Numbered from the stretch's first letter, positions 37,391 through 47,819 are shown. The stretch is 64,000 nucleotides of DNA from an uncultured delta proteobacterium (GCA_963785725.1 CAWAWS010000008.1:1-64000), one strand, 5' to 3'. Program-made: numbers and translations. The notes: a model not told the origin generated them from the letters alone.

Positions 37391-38604
37391 GGCTGGCGTT
37401 CGGCGCGCTCCTCGCCATCGGCCTCATCGGCTGCTCGGACACGACGCCGCGCGTGCGCTGCGGCAACAACGCGCAGTGCACGACGGCGAAGCGCGCGGGA
37501 ATTTGCGTGCCCGGTGAAGACGTCTGCGCCGTCGCCAACGCCAGCTGCGCGTCGGGCTACGCCTACGATCCGACGTCGGGACGCAGCGGCTGCGTGGCCA
37601 CGACGACGCCCGATCTGTCGACCGGCTTCGACTTGTCGGGCGCCACGCCGGGCGCCGACATGACGCCGCCCAACAACGCGCCCGGTCCCGACCTGGCCAC
37701 CGCCGACATGGCGGAGTTCACCGGCACGCTGACGTGGACCGCGGTCACCAACACCGGCACGCAGAACACGTTCGCCGCCGTCGCCGGCTCGTCGCCGTCC
37801 AACGTCTGGGTCGTCGGCGGCACGGCGGCCGGCAACATCTTGCATTTGGCGTTCGGCAAAGTCGTCGGCACCAACAACTTGAGCCAGGCGATGAGCGCGC
37901 TCTACGTCAATGCCAACGGCGAAATCTTCGCCGCCGGCCAGTCCGCCATCTTGAATCTGACGAGCGGCGCTCCGGGCACGACCGAGAACAGCAGCGACGT
38001 GTTCCTCGGCCTGTGGGGCACGAGCGACGGCGCCTCCCTCTTTGCCGTCGGCAACGCCGGCTTTTACGCGCGTGCGTCGACGGGCGCGTGGGCGTTGACG
38101 GTCGAGGCGCCCGCCGGCTCGACCGCGCCCGTCTCGGCCTACCGCACGATCTGGGGCTCGTCGCCGACCAACATTTACTTGGCCGGCGGCTATCGTCCGT
38201 CGCCCAGCTTGGGCTTCCGAGCGGCCATCGCCGAGGACGTCAACGGCACCTGGAACAACGTCACCCCGACGGGAAACAACGTCGAAGCAATGTGGGGCAC
38301 GAGCGCGACCGACCTCTACTTCGTCGGCGACTTCGGCTCGATCGTCCACTCCGACGGCACGACGCTGACGAGCCAACAGAACACCAACGTCACCACCGCC
38401 AACCTCTACGGCATCTACGGCACCAGCGCGACGAACCTCTACGCCGTCGGCGCCAGCGGCGTCATCCTGCACTCGACCGGCGACGGCACCTGGGCCGTCC
38501 AAAACAGCGGCACGACGAACACGCTCTACGCCATCTGGGCCTCGAGCTCCACCGACTGGTACGCCGTCGGCGCCGCCGGCACCATCCTCCACGGCACGCC
38601 GTAA
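37387..38604 (+). CDS. Lipoprotein with a Cys-rich N-terminus and WGxSxxDxYxVG beta-propeller repeats
   Basis: GTGA overlap; lipobox LIGC; repeats IWGSSPTNIYLAG, MWGTSATDLYFVG, IYGTSATNLYAVG, IWASSSTDWYAVG. Confidence 0.82.
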   Translation: MRLAFGALLAIGLIGCSDTTPRVRCGNNAQCTTAKRAGICVPGEDVCAVANASCASGYAYDPTSGRSGCVATTTPDLSTGFDLSGATPGADMTPPNNAPGPDLATADMAEFTGTLTWTAVTNTGTQNTFAAVAGSSPSNVWVVGGTAAGNILHLAFGKVVGTNNLSQAMSALYVNANGEIFAAGQSAILNLTSGAPGTTENSSDVFLGLWGTSDGASLFAVGNAGFYARASTGAWALTVEAPAGSTAPVSAYRTIWGSSPTNIYLAGGYRPSPSLGFRAAIAEDVNGTWNNVTPTGNNVEAMWGTSATDLYFVGDFGSIVHSDGTTLTSQQNTNVTTANLYGIYGTSATNLYAVGASGVILHSTGDGTWAVQNSGTTNTLYAIWASSSTDWYAVGAAGTILHGTP

Positions 38605-38811
38605 GCTCGCGCCCGTCAGCCGCGCGTTCGTCCACGCACTTCACGCATTGTTGCTAGCGACTTTGTCGTTCTCTCGCGGAGACATGGACTGAGTGTCTAC
38701 TCCCCATGGCGCAGTGGCTATGCGCGTTGCCGTCGCCATCCGCCGCGTTGACTGCAGGTTGCAGTTCACACAACTGCACATCTTTCGTGGCCTTCTCTTA
38801 TAGGGATCGGC

Positions 38812-38827
38812 TGGCAAGGCGCTTGCT
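38812..38827 (+). promoter_or_regulatory. Sigma54 (-24/-12) promoter
   Basis: TGGCAAGGCGCTTGCT fits TGGCA-N7-TTGCW with exact GG-N10-GC spacing, 40 nt upstream of the peptidase ATG. Confidence 0.75.
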
Positions 38828-38866
38828 CTGGGCGTCGTAACCCTCGGCACCCAAGGAGCCCCGCAC

Positions 38867-40570
38867 ATGAGTAGGCGTCATCGGTCTTCGTCGACCACCA
38901 TCCACGCGCTCGTCGCCGTCACGCTCGGCCTCTTGACCGGCGCGGCCGCGGCGCACGCGGATCCGGCCGCTCCGGCGGGCTACTCCGTCGTGAGAAACTG
39001 CAACCCCAGCAGCAAGCACAAGTTCCACTGCAAGTCGTTCCAGATCGTCGACTCGCAGCAGAAGCCGATGGTCATCTCGGACTTGAGCCCGAAGGCGACC
39101 AATCCGTTGACCGCGCAGCAGATCGCGTCGCTCTACCAGCTCGACACGACGCGCAAGCCGGGCGCGACCATCGCCATCGTCGACGCCTACGGCTACGCCG
39201 CCGCCGAGAGCGACTTGGCGGGTTACCGCTCGGCGATGGGGCTGTCGGCGTGCACCAGCGCCAGCGGCTGCTTGACCATCGTCAATCAGACGGGCGCGGC
39301 GTCGCCGCTGCCGCCTGCGCCGCCCAAGAACGACGATTGGACCGGCGAGACCGCGCTCGACATCGACATGGCCAGCGCCGTGTGCCCGAACTGCAAGATC
39401 CTCTTGGTCCAGGCCGACGACGACCAGGGCGACGGCCTCTACATCGCGCAGCAGACGGCCGCGGCGCTCGGCGCCTCGGTCATCAGCAACAGCTGGGGCG
39501 GTCCCGATCCCGACGGCTCGGGCACGACCGAAGGCGAGCCCTACTTCCAGGTCAACCCGGCCATCAACATCTTCGTCGCCACCGGTGACGCGGGCTGGGA
39601 CAACCTCATCGGCTCGTCGACGCAATCGCCGGGCGGCCCCGACTTTCCGAGCACCTCGGCTTACGTCATCGGCGTCGGCGGCACGAACGTGACGCTGACC
39701 ACCGCCGGCGCGCGCGCGACCGAGACCGCTTGGGCCGACGGCGGCAGCTCGTGCAGCGTCATCGTCCCCAAGCCCGCCTACCAGAGCGCGTTCGTTCCCG
39801 CGGCCGCGTGCGGCTTCCGCGCCGCGTCCGACGTGGCCGCGATCGGCGGCACCCCGGGCGTGCAGACGTACAACAAGGGCAAGATGGGCGGCGCGGAGGG
39901 CACCAGCGTCGCCTCGCCGCTCGTCGCCTCGATCTTCGCGCTCTACGGCTTCTCCAAGTCGGACCCCGGCTTCCCCTACGCGCACGGCTCGGCCTTCTAC
40001 GACGTCACCAGCGGCAGCAACGGCGCGACGAGCACGTCGCAGTCGCAGTTCAACTGCTCGACGACCACCACCAACAAGCAGATGTGCAACGCCGGCACCG
40101 GCTGGGACGGCCCGACCGGCATGGGCGCGCCCATCGGCACGGCGCTCGGCATGATCTCGGCCGAGCCGACGCCGCCGGCGGGGCCTGACATGGCCACGCC
40201 GGTCGTCCCCGACATGACGGCGCCGCCGGTTCCGGGCGCCGACATGACGATCGTCGATCACGACATGGCGCAGCCGGGCGAGCAGGACATGGCGCAGGGC
40301 GAGCAGCACGACCTGGCGCAGACGGACGATCTGGCGGAGTCGGAGGACCTCTCGACCGGCACCGGCGGTAACGGTCCGGGCGGCGGCGGTGGCTCGGCCG
40401 GCGGCACCGGCGCGGCCGGTGGCACCGGCGCGGCCGGCGGCGGTGGCAGCGGCGGCAGCAACGGCTGCGGCTGCACGCTCGGCGGCGCCAACAGCGGCAA
40501 CGCGGCCACGGCACTGCCGCTCATGCTGGCACTGCTCGGCTTCGTGATCATCCGCCGTCGTCGCGCGTAG
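38867..40570 (+). CDS. S53 (sedolisin-like) serine peptidase with MYXO-CTERM sorting signal
   Basis: ETALDID (ExxxD), SNSWG, TGDAG, GTSVASP, GWDGPTGMG; C-terminus GCGCTLGG...LLGFVIIRRRRA. Confidence 0.9.
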   Translation: MSRRHRSSSTTIHALVAVTLGLLTGAAAAHADPAAPAGYSVVRNCNPSSKHKFHCKSFQIVDSQQKPMVISDLSPKATNPLTAQQIASLYQLDTTRKPGATIAIVDAYGYAAAESDLAGYRSAMGLSACTSASGCLTIVNQTGAASPLPPAPPKNDDWTGETALDIDMASAVCPNCKILLVQADDDQGDGLYIAQQTAAALGASVISNSWGGPDPDGSGTTEGEPYFQVNPAINIFVATGDAGWDNLIGSSTQSPGGPDFPSTSAYVIGVGGTNVTLTTAGARATETAWADGGSSCSVIVPKPAYQSAFVPAAACGFRAASDVAAIGGTPGVQTYNKGKMGGAEGTSVASPLVASIFALYGFSKSDPGFPYAHGSAFYDVTSGSNGATSTSQSQFNCSTTTTNKQMCNAGTGWDGPTGMGAPIGTALGMISAEPTPPAGPDMATPVVPDMTAPPVPGADMTIVDHDMAQPGEQDMAQGEQHDLAQTDDLAESEDLSTGTGGNGPGGGGGSAGGTGAAGGTGAAGGGGSGGSNGCGCTLGGANSGNAATALPLMLALLGFVIIRRRRA

Positions 40571-41155
40571 CACGTCCGCTTCAGTCGACCTCGATTCCCC
40601 TCCAATGAATCCTTAGTCACAAACCGCCCGTCGCGTGGCCCAGGTCACGCGCCGGGCGGTTTGCACGCGGTCGTCCGCACCATCGTCGCTGCCCGCGAGA
40701 CGCGCCCGATGAGCGCGCCTACGTGCTGGCGCGCGTGCGGCGTGGCTGCCGACGGTGACGCGATAGGCGAGACACGCGTTGCTCGCGATTGGGCGCGCCG
40801 CCGCGTTCGGCAGCGGCGCCGAAGAGCTGATGACGCAGCAGTCAGTAGGTGGCCGACCGCTCGCTTTCGCGGTCGCTTCCCGAAAAATACGTCGTTTGGC
40901 GTAGCCGACCGCCGACAAGGCCAGAGTGACGGAAATACCCCTGACGTCTGCGTAATTTTCGCACGAGCCGCGCTCGCCCATCCCATGAAGTGACCGACAT
41001 CACATCCGCGTGTGTGCGGATTCGGTGGACGCGAATTGGACTAGCGGACATCATGCGCTGGCCAGGGTCGACGCATCGCGTCGGGCCGAGCGGGCAGGCG
41101 ATTCCGAACCATTCCAGGCAGCGCGACAGGCGGCGGTGGAGGCGAGGTGCGGCCC

Positions 41156-41890
41156 ATGAATGTCTTGGTTGTCGACGATCACGAGATCTTTCGCGACGGC
41201 CTGCGCACGGTGATCGAATCGCGCGGCGACGCACGCGTCGTCGCCGAGGCGTCGACGGTGCGCGAGGCGACGGCGCTGCTCGACACACTCCAGTTCGACC
41301 TCATGACGCTCGATCTGACGATGCCGGGCGCCAACGGGGTGTCGTTGTTGCGCGAGATGCGCCGGCGCGGGCTGCGCCAGCGCGTCCTCGTCTTGACGAT
41401 GCACACCGATCCCGACGTCGCGGCCGAGGCGTTCGCCTGCGGCGCCGGCGGCTTCGCGCTCAAGTCCGACAGCCGCGCGGCGCTGCTCGACGCCATCGAC
41501 CGGGTCATGCGCGGCGAGCGCTTCATCGCCGCCGGCCTTTCCGCGGCGCAGATCGACCGCTTTTTGCAGACTCAGCCGAGCGCCTTCGACGCCTCGGGCC
41601 CGCTGGCCGTGCTCTCGGCCCGCGAGCGCGAGATCTTCGACCTGCTCGTGCGCGGCTACGGCAACGACGGCATCGCCACGGAGCTCTCGATTAGCCGTCG
41701 CACCGTCGATACCCATCGCACCCACGTCTTCGGCAAGCTCGGTGTGCACTCGATGAGCGAGCTCTTGCGGTTCGGCTTTCGCCAGCAGTTCATCCGCGAG
41801 AGCGGCGGCGCCGGCGAGGTCCCGGCGGCGTTGTCGGCCCCGCGATCGCCGAACGATTCGACGAGCCCGACGACGAAGCAAGCGCGATGA
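41156..41890 (+). CDS. NarL/FixJ-family response regulator
   Basis: VLVVDDHEIFRDGL, LDLTMPG, LSAREREIFDLL...TVDTHRTHVFGKLG. Confidence 0.92.
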   Translation: MNVLVVDDHEIFRDGLRTVIESRGDARVVAEASTVREATALLDTLQFDLMTLDLTMPGANGVSLLREMRRRGLRQRVLVLTMHTDPDVAAEAFACGAGGFALKSDSRAALLDAIDRVMRGERFIAAGLSAAQIDRFLQTQPSAFDASGPLAVLSAREREIFDLLVRGYGNDGIATELSISRRTVDTHRTHVFGKLGVHSMSELLRFGFRQQFIRESGGAGEVPAALSAPRSPNDSTSPTTKQAR

Positions 41891-44769
41891 GCGGCGCCGC
41901 GGCGACCGCGGAGGCCGGCGATGCGAGCGCGTCGCGGCCGCCCTCGTTCATCGTCGGCGTCGGCGCGTCCGCCGGCGGGCTCGACGCGGTGGCGGCGCTG
42001 CTCACGACCTTGCGGCACGACTCGATGGCGGTGGTCGTCGTGCAGCACATGTCGCCGGCGGACGAGCGCGCGCTGGCGCAGCTGCTCGCGCGCGCCACGC
42101 CGTTCGCGGTGACGACGGCGGTCGACGGTGCGAGCGTCGTCGCGCACCACGTCTATCTCATTCCGCCCAATGCATCCTTGTCGATCGCGCTCGGCAAGCT
42201 GCAGCTGTCGGAGCCGCGCGACCGCGGCGCCATCGACCTCTTCTTTCGCGCGCTGGCCGAGGATCAGCGGCAACGCGCCATCGGCGTCGTCTTGTCGGGC
42301 ACCGGCAGCGACGGCACGCTCGGCCTGCAGGCGATCAAAGAGGCGGGCGGCATCACCTTCGTGGAGCAGCCGGAGCCGGCGCGCGGCGACGAGCTGCCGC
42401 GCGCGGCCTGCGACAGCGGCTGGGCCGACTACTGCGGCAGCCCCGCCGAGATCGGCCACGCGCTGCTCGAGATCGGCCGGCACCCGTATCTCGCCAGTCG
42501 GCAGCAGGAAGCGATCGTCGACGACAACGGGCTGCGCGAGCTGTTGACCGAGCTGCGCAACGCCTTCGGTCACGATCTGACGCAGTACAAGTCGAGCACG
42601 ATCGAGCGGCGCGCCGAGCGGCGCATGGCGCTGCACCAGCTCGTGCGCGTCGCGGATTACGTGGCGCTGGTGCGGTCCGATCGCGGCGAGCTGCGCGCGC
42701 TCTATCGCGATCTGCTCATCGGCGTCACCAACTTCTTTCGCGACCACGAGCCATTCGAGGCGCTGAAGAGCAAGGTGCTGCCGGCGATCGCCGCGCGCAA
42801 ACAGCCGGGCTCGGCGCTGCGCATCTGGGCGCCGGCCTGCTCGACCGGCGAAGAGGCCTATTCGCTGGCCATCGCCTGCGCCGAGCTCTTCGCAGCCGAG
42901 CCGCACGACGTGCGCATCCAGATCTTCGCCACCGACATCGACGCCGCGGCCATCGCGCGGGCGCGGCGCGGCGTCTATTCGCACAACATCGCGCTCGACG
43001 TCTCGCCCGAGCGGCTGCAGCGCTTCTTCGTCCGCACCGACAGCCACTTCCAGATCAGCCGCCGCATCCGCGACATGGTCGTCTTCTCCACGCAGGACGT
43101 CACCAGCGACGCGCCGTTCTCGCGGCTCGACCTCCTGAGCTGTCGCAATCTGCTCATCTACTTGAAGCCGGCGATGCAACAGCGCGTGCTGCGTGTGTTT
43201 CATTACGCGTTGCAGCCGCAGGGTTTCTTGCTGCTCGGCAGCTCGGAGACGGTGGGCGACTCGGCCGAGCTCTTCTCGGTCGTCGACGCCAAGAACAAGG
43301 TCTACGTCTGCAAGCACCTGGCGCTGCCGGCGTTCTTGGACGTGAACGCGGCTCGCTCGCGCGGCGAGCCCGCGCGCACGCCGCCGCCGCCGGTGCGGGC
43401 GCGGCCGGCGCTGACGTTGGCGACGCTCGCCGATCGCAAAGTGCTCGACCTCTACGGCCCGGCCGGCGTCGTCGTCAATGAGGCGCTCGACATCTTGCAT
43501 TTTCGCGGTCGCACCAGCCGCTATCTCGAGCCGACGCCGGGCGTGGCCAGCCTCAACCTCTTGCGGCTGGCGCGGTCGGAGCTGCAGGCCGACTTGCGGC
43601 GCACGACGCAGCAGGCGCTCGATCTCGACCTGCCGGCGAGCGTGACGAGCCGCTTGTGCCACGGCGAGACGCGCAGCGAGTTCAAGCTGGAGGTGCTGAC
43701 GGTCGTCGATCCGGAGACGAATGCGCGCTGTCTGCTCGTGCTGTTCCACGAGCCGCACGCGACCGAGGCGCTGCCGCCGACGGTTCGGCCGCTCGATCCG
43801 GCGCTGGACCATCGCGTCAAGGACCTCGAGCTCGAGCTGCGCTTGACCAAAGAGAGCCTGCAAAGCTCCATCGACGACTTGCAAGGCAGCAACGAGGCGC
43901 TCGAGTCGTCGAACGAAGAGCTGCAGTCGTCGATCGAGGAGCTGCAGAGCACGAATGAAGAGCTGGAGACGTCCAAAGAGCAGATTCAGGCGACCAACGA
44001 AGAGCTGATGACCGTCAACGAAGAGCTGCAGAATCGCATGGCCGAGCTGCAGCAGACCAACGACGACCTGCACAACGTGCTCACCGGCGTCGAGAACGCG
44101 GTCGTCATCGTCGGGCGCGATCTGCGCATTCGTCGCTTCACGGCGGCGGCGGAGCGGCTGCTCGGCGTTCGCGCGGTCGACATCGGGCGGCCCATCGGCG
44201 TGCTCGAGCGCTTCGTCGGCGGGCTGCGGCTCGACGCGTTCACGGACGAGGTCATGGAGTCGCTGCGACTGTCGGAGCAGGAGGTGCAGTGCGCCGACGG
44301 CCGCTGGTACCTCTTGCGCATCCTGCCCTACAAGACGCAGGAGAACTCGATCAACGGCGCCGTCATCGTGTGGAGCGACATCGACGTGCGCAAGCGCTCG
44401 TCGCGCCTGGGCGAGGACGTCGCCGCCTACGCCAGCAACTTCCTCGAGCCCATCAACCAGGCGCTGGCCATCGTCGACGGGCGACAGCGCATCGTCTGGG
44501 TCAACGAGCAGTTCTATCGCCTGTTCGGCGTCATCGCCGAGGAGACGATCAACGGCCCGCTCTCGGCGGTGCCCGGCGGTCGCTGGGACGCGTCCGACCT
44601 CACGGCGCTCTTGGCCACCGCAGCGGCGACGGGCGACAGCTTTCACGACGCGCGCCTCGTGCACTGCGGGGCCGACGGCGGCGAGCGCGCCCTGTCGGTC
44701 GGCGGCAGCCGCATTCCTCGGCTGCGCGACGACGCGCAGCTCATCCTCTTGTCCTTCGAGGTGCGCTGA
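41887..44769 (+). CDS. CheB/CheR fusion protein with coiled coil and PAS domains
   Basis: GASAGG, VQHM, SGTGSDG (CheB triad); IGVTNFFRD, CSTGEEAYS, SCRNLLIY (CheR); SNEELQS repeats. Confidence 0.93.
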   Translation: MSGAAATAEAGDASASRPPSFIVGVGASAGGLDAVAALLTTLRHDSMAVVVVQHMSPADERALAQLLARATPFAVTTAVDGASVVAHHVYLIPPNASLSIALGKLQLSEPRDRGAIDLFFRALAEDQRQRAIGVVLSGTGSDGTLGLQAIKEAGGITFVEQPEPARGDELPRAACDSGWADYCGSPAEIGHALLEIGRHPYLASRQQEAIVDDNGLRELLTELRNAFGHDLTQYKSSTIERRAERRMALHQLVRVADYVALVRSDRGELRALYRDLLIGVTNFFRDHEPFEALKSKVLPAIAARKQPGSALRIWAPACSTGEEAYSLAIACAELFAAEPHDVRIQIFATDIDAAAIARARRGVYSHNIALDVSPERLQRFFVRTDSHFQISRRIRDMVVFSTQDVTSDAPFSRLDLLSCRNLLIYLKPAMQQRVLRVFHYALQPQGFLLLGSSETVGDSAELFSVVDAKNKVYVCKHLALPAFLDVNAARSRGEPARTPPPPVRARPALTLATLADRKVLDLYGPAGVVVNEALDILHFRGRTSRYLEPTPGVASLNLLRLARSELQADLRRTTQQALDLDLPASVTSRLCHGETRSEFKLEVLTVVDPETNARCLLVLFHEPHATEALPPTVRPLDPALDHRVKDLELELRLTKESLQSSIDDLQGSNEALESSNEELQSSIEELQSTNEELETSKEQIQATNEELMTVNEELQNRMAELQQTNDDLHNVLTGVENAVVIVGRDLRIRRFTAAAERLLGVRAVDIGRPIGVLERFVGGLRLDAFTDEVMESLRLSEQEVQCADGRWYLLRILPYKTQENSINGAVIVWSDIDVRKRSSRLGEDVAAYASNFLEPINQALAIVDGRQRIVWVNEQFYRLFGVIAEETINGPLSAVPGGRWDASDLTALLATAAATGDSFHDARLVHCGADGGERALSVGGSRIPRLRDDAQLILLSFEVR

Positions 44770-46613
44770 TGCCGCCGGCATTGGAAGAGTGGACCAAGGA
44801 CGAGCTCATCGCCGCCATCCGCTCGCTCGAGCGCCAGCCGTGGACGGCCGCCAACGTCGCCGATGCCGAGTCGGTGCTGCACGAGCTGCGCGTCCACCAG
44901 ATCGAGCTCGAGATGCAGAATCGCGAGCTGCGCGAGGCCCAGCAGCAGCTCGAGGAGTCCCGCAGCCGCTACGCCGACCTCTACGACCTGGCGCCGATCG
45001 GCTATTGCACGCTCGATCGGCAGGGCGTCGTGCGCGAGGCCAACCTCGAGGCGACGCGGCTGCTCGGGACCAATCGCGCCTATCTGGCGGGGCGGCCGTT
45101 GACGGCGGTCGTGAACACCGACGTGCGCCGCTTTCACGCGCATCTCGATCGCTGTTTGACGAAGCAGGAGCGCGTCACCTGCCAGCTCGAGCTCACGCGC
45201 CTGAACGAGACGAACGGCTCGACCGGCGCCGGCAGCAGCCTCATCGTGCAGATGGTGTCGACGCCGATCGCCCAAGTGGGCGCCAAGGCGACGCTGTGCA
45301 TGACGGCCTTGACCGACGTCTCGGAGCTGAAGAGCTCGGAGCGCCGGCTGCGCCTGTTGTCGTTGGTGAGCGAGCGGCTGGGGGCCTCGCTCGACTACCG
45401 CGCCAGCTTGCCGGCGGTGGCGGCGCTGGTGGTGCCGCTGTTGGCCGACCTCGCGTTCATCGACGTGGTGGCGGTCGGCGACAGCCAGCCTGGCGAGCGC
45501 TTCGGCCGCCTCGGCGCGCAGCCGCTCGTCGACTACGATCGCACGCCGCAAGCCGAGGTGCTGCGCACGCGCTCGCCGCTGGTGGTCGAGGGCGCGACCG
45601 GCGCGACGCTGCGCGCGGTGCTAGGCGTCTCGGCGCCGAGCGAGCGGAACGTGGCCTATGCCGAGCGCGGCGCGCTCTTGCTCTTGCCGCTCATCGCGCG
45701 CCGGCGCGCGCTCGGCGTCTTGACGTTGGTGCTGGCGCCGTCGAGCCGCGGCTATTCGGCCGCCGAGCTGCAGCTCGGCTACGAGGTCGCGGCGCGGGTG
45801 GCGATGGCGCTCGAGAACGCGCAGCTCTACGAAGGCGCGCAAGAGGCGATCCGCGCGCGCGAGGACATCGTGGCCGTGGTCTCGCACGATCTGCACAACC
45901 CGCTGCATGGCATGCGGCTCAACTGCGATTACCTGCTCGAGATCGCGCAAGCCGACGGTCAGCGCGCCGGTCGCCAGCAGCTGGAGGCGATTCGACGCGG
46001 CATCGACCGCATGTGGCAGATGATCCGCCAGCTGTCGGAGATGGCGCGCATCGAGGCCGGTCACCTGACGCTCGAGCGCGGCGTCCATTCGGTGGACGCG
46101 CTCGTGGGCGATGCGCTCGACCTCTTGCGCCCGCTGGCGGAGAAGAAGCGGCTGTCGATCGAGCCGCCGTCGCCGCAGCCGTCGCTGGCGGTCTCGGCCG
46201 ATCGCGATCGCGTGCTGCAGGTGCTCTCCAACCTCCTCGGCAACGCGCTCAAGTTTTCGCCCGCCGGCGAGCGCGTCACCATCGCCGTGACCGTCGACGG
46301 CGCGCGCGGCGTCGCCCGCGTGGCCGTGACCGATCGCGGGCCCGGCATCGCGCCGGCGCAGCTGAGCCACATCTTCGAGCGCTATTGGCGCAGCGAGGAG
46401 CGACGGCGCGGCGGCAGCGGTCTCGGCCTCTACATCGCCAAGTCGATCGTCGACGCGCATGGCGGCCAGATTGGCGTCGACAGCGAGCTCGACCGGGGCA
46501 CGACCGTGTGGTTCACGCTGCCGATCGCGCCCGCTGTCGCGCCGGCGCCGCCAGCGCGACGGCGTGAAGCGCCGGACGCGCCGGCGGCCGTCATCGACCA
46601 CGAGCACAGCTAA
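44769..46613 (+). CDS. PAS-GAF histidine kinase
   Basis: TGATG overlap; LHELRVHQIELEMQNREL, YDLAPIGY, SHDLHNPL, NLLGNALKF, DRGPGI, GSGLGL. Confidence 0.9.
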   Translation: MPPALEEWTKDELIAAIRSLERQPWTAANVADAESVLHELRVHQIELEMQNRELREAQQQLEESRSRYADLYDLAPIGYCTLDRQGVVREANLEATRLLGTNRAYLAGRPLTAVVNTDVRRFHAHLDRCLTKQERVTCQLELTRLNETNGSTGAGSSLIVQMVSTPIAQVGAKATLCMTALTDVSELKSSERRLRLLSLVSERLGASLDYRASLPAVAALVVPLLADLAFIDVVAVGDSQPGERFGRLGAQPLVDYDRTPQAEVLRTRSPLVVEGATGATLRAVLGVSAPSERNVAYAERGALLLLPLIARRRALGVLTLVLAPSSRGYSAAELQLGYEVAARVAMALENAQLYEGAQEAIRAREDIVAVVSHDLHNPLHGMRLNCDYLLEIAQADGQRAGRQQLEAIRRGIDRMWQMIRQLSEMARIEAGHLTLERGVHSVDALVGDALDLLRPLAEKKRLSIEPPSPQPSLAVSADRDRVLQVLSNLLGNALKFSPAGERVTIAVTVDGARGVARVAVTDRGPGIAPAQLSHIFERYWRSEERRRGGSGLGLYIAKSIVDAHGGQIGVDSELDRGTTVWFTLPIAPAVAPAPPARRREAPDAPAAVIDHEHS

Positions 46614-46980
46614 AGTAGAACCCCGAACGTTCGATTGCCGTAGCGACACGCGGTGGCGGTCGAGCCGCTCGGCGGTCTGTCCAGCTGCGCGACGCGCTTG
46701 CGAAATCGACGGTCGCGGAACCCGCGCGCGCGTCCACTCGTCAAATACGCATTCTACCTGAGCGCCGAATCGCGCTGGTTGTGGCAAGGTGAATTTGCGC
46801 GAGGAGTCGGCCAATGGCGGACGGGCGGGCGGCGACGGGAGTGGGCGCGCGATCGACGGGCAAAAGGTCTTGCTCGGCACGCTGCGCGCGCGTCTCGTCG
46901 GCACCGCGCCGGCTCGGCCGCCGTCGTTGGCGAGCCCATTCGCGTTCCGTTGCGCAACTCGAACCCGCGAGGACGATCGG

Positions 46981-47346
46981 ATGAAACTAGAGGTCTTGAG
47001 GAGCGAGCGAGAGGGCCGCGATCATCACGCTCAGTGGGTTCCGCTCGACTACGCGGCGCTGCATTCGGTCCCGCCGGAAAAGCCCGCCGATCCTCCGGTC
47101 GCGCCAACGACGCTGCGGGCGATCGGCAAGGTCACGGCGTTGGCGCACGATCTGCGCCGGCAGCGACAACGGATTCGGGCCACGGTGTCCGAGGTCGATC
47201 TGTTGGCGACGTGGCTCGACGTCGTGGCCGATCTCTACGAATTCGGCGAGAGCCATCGCGAGCGCGTGGCGTACCAGCTGAAGTTTCGCGCGCGCATCCT
47301 GCATGACCAATTGCGACTGTCGCGTTGGCTCGATTGGATCGGTTGA
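46981..47346 (+). CDS. Hypothetical helical protein
   Basis: ATG preceded by GAGGA; amphipathic helical composition. Confidence 0.5.
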   Translation: MKLEVLRSEREGRDHHAQWVPLDYAALHSVPPEKPADPPVAPTTLRAIGKVTALAHDLRRQRQRIRATVSEVDLLATWLDVVADLYEFGESHRERVAYQLKFRARILHDQLRLSRWLDWIG

Positions 47347-47350
47347 GCCG

Positions 47351-47794
47351 ATGGGCGCCGTCCGCGTGACGACGAGCCAGCCGAGCGCCGCGCTCGTCGA
47401 TCGGGTGCGGCGACTGCTCGTCTACGAAGGCGCCGCCGTGGCCTGCGCCGACGCCTGCGCGATCGCCGCCGAGCGCGTCCACGACAAGATCACGGCGCGG
47501 CTGAGCCCCATTCTCGGCTCCGCCGGCGTACGCGCGCTGTTCGTGCGCAGCGCGCGGCTCGTGCGCGGCCAGCTGGCGGCGCTCACCGATGGCGCGGCGC
47601 GCGACGGCTCGTTCGACTTCCGCGCGCTCTTGCGCGCCGGCGATCCCACGATGTCGCGCGAGACGGTCGAAGCGCTGTTCGCGCGCTTCTTGGCGCTGAT
47701 GACGTCGTTCATCGGCGAGCGGCTGACGACCGAGACGCTGCACGCGGCCTGGCCGACGATCGAAGAGCCGGCTCCGCCGAGCGATAAGTCCTAA
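47351..47794 (+). CDS. Conserved hypothetical protein
   Basis: RLSPILGSAGVRALFVRS...LMTSFIGERLT pattern; GC3-rich codons. Confidence 0.6.
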   Translation: MGAVRVTTSQPSAALVDRVRRLLVYEGAAVACADACAIAAERVHDKITARLSPILGSAGVRALFVRSARLVRGQLAALTDGAARDGSFDFRALLRAGDPTMSRETVEALFARFLALMTSFIGERLTTETLHAAWPTIEEPAPPSDKS

Positions 47795-47819
47795 GTCCTC
47801 AACCGCGAAAGCACAGCGC

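Noticed and set aside
40841..40916. GTCGG-N6-CCGAC-like half-palindromes here and at 50390-50405 and 50591-50606
   Set aside because: Mismatched copies with variable spacing; these pentamers are very common in GC-rich DNA
41656..44781. 1041-aa minus-strand ORF (likewise 2392-4488, 10258-12576, 30426-32498)
   Set aside because: Antisense shadows of well-supported genes
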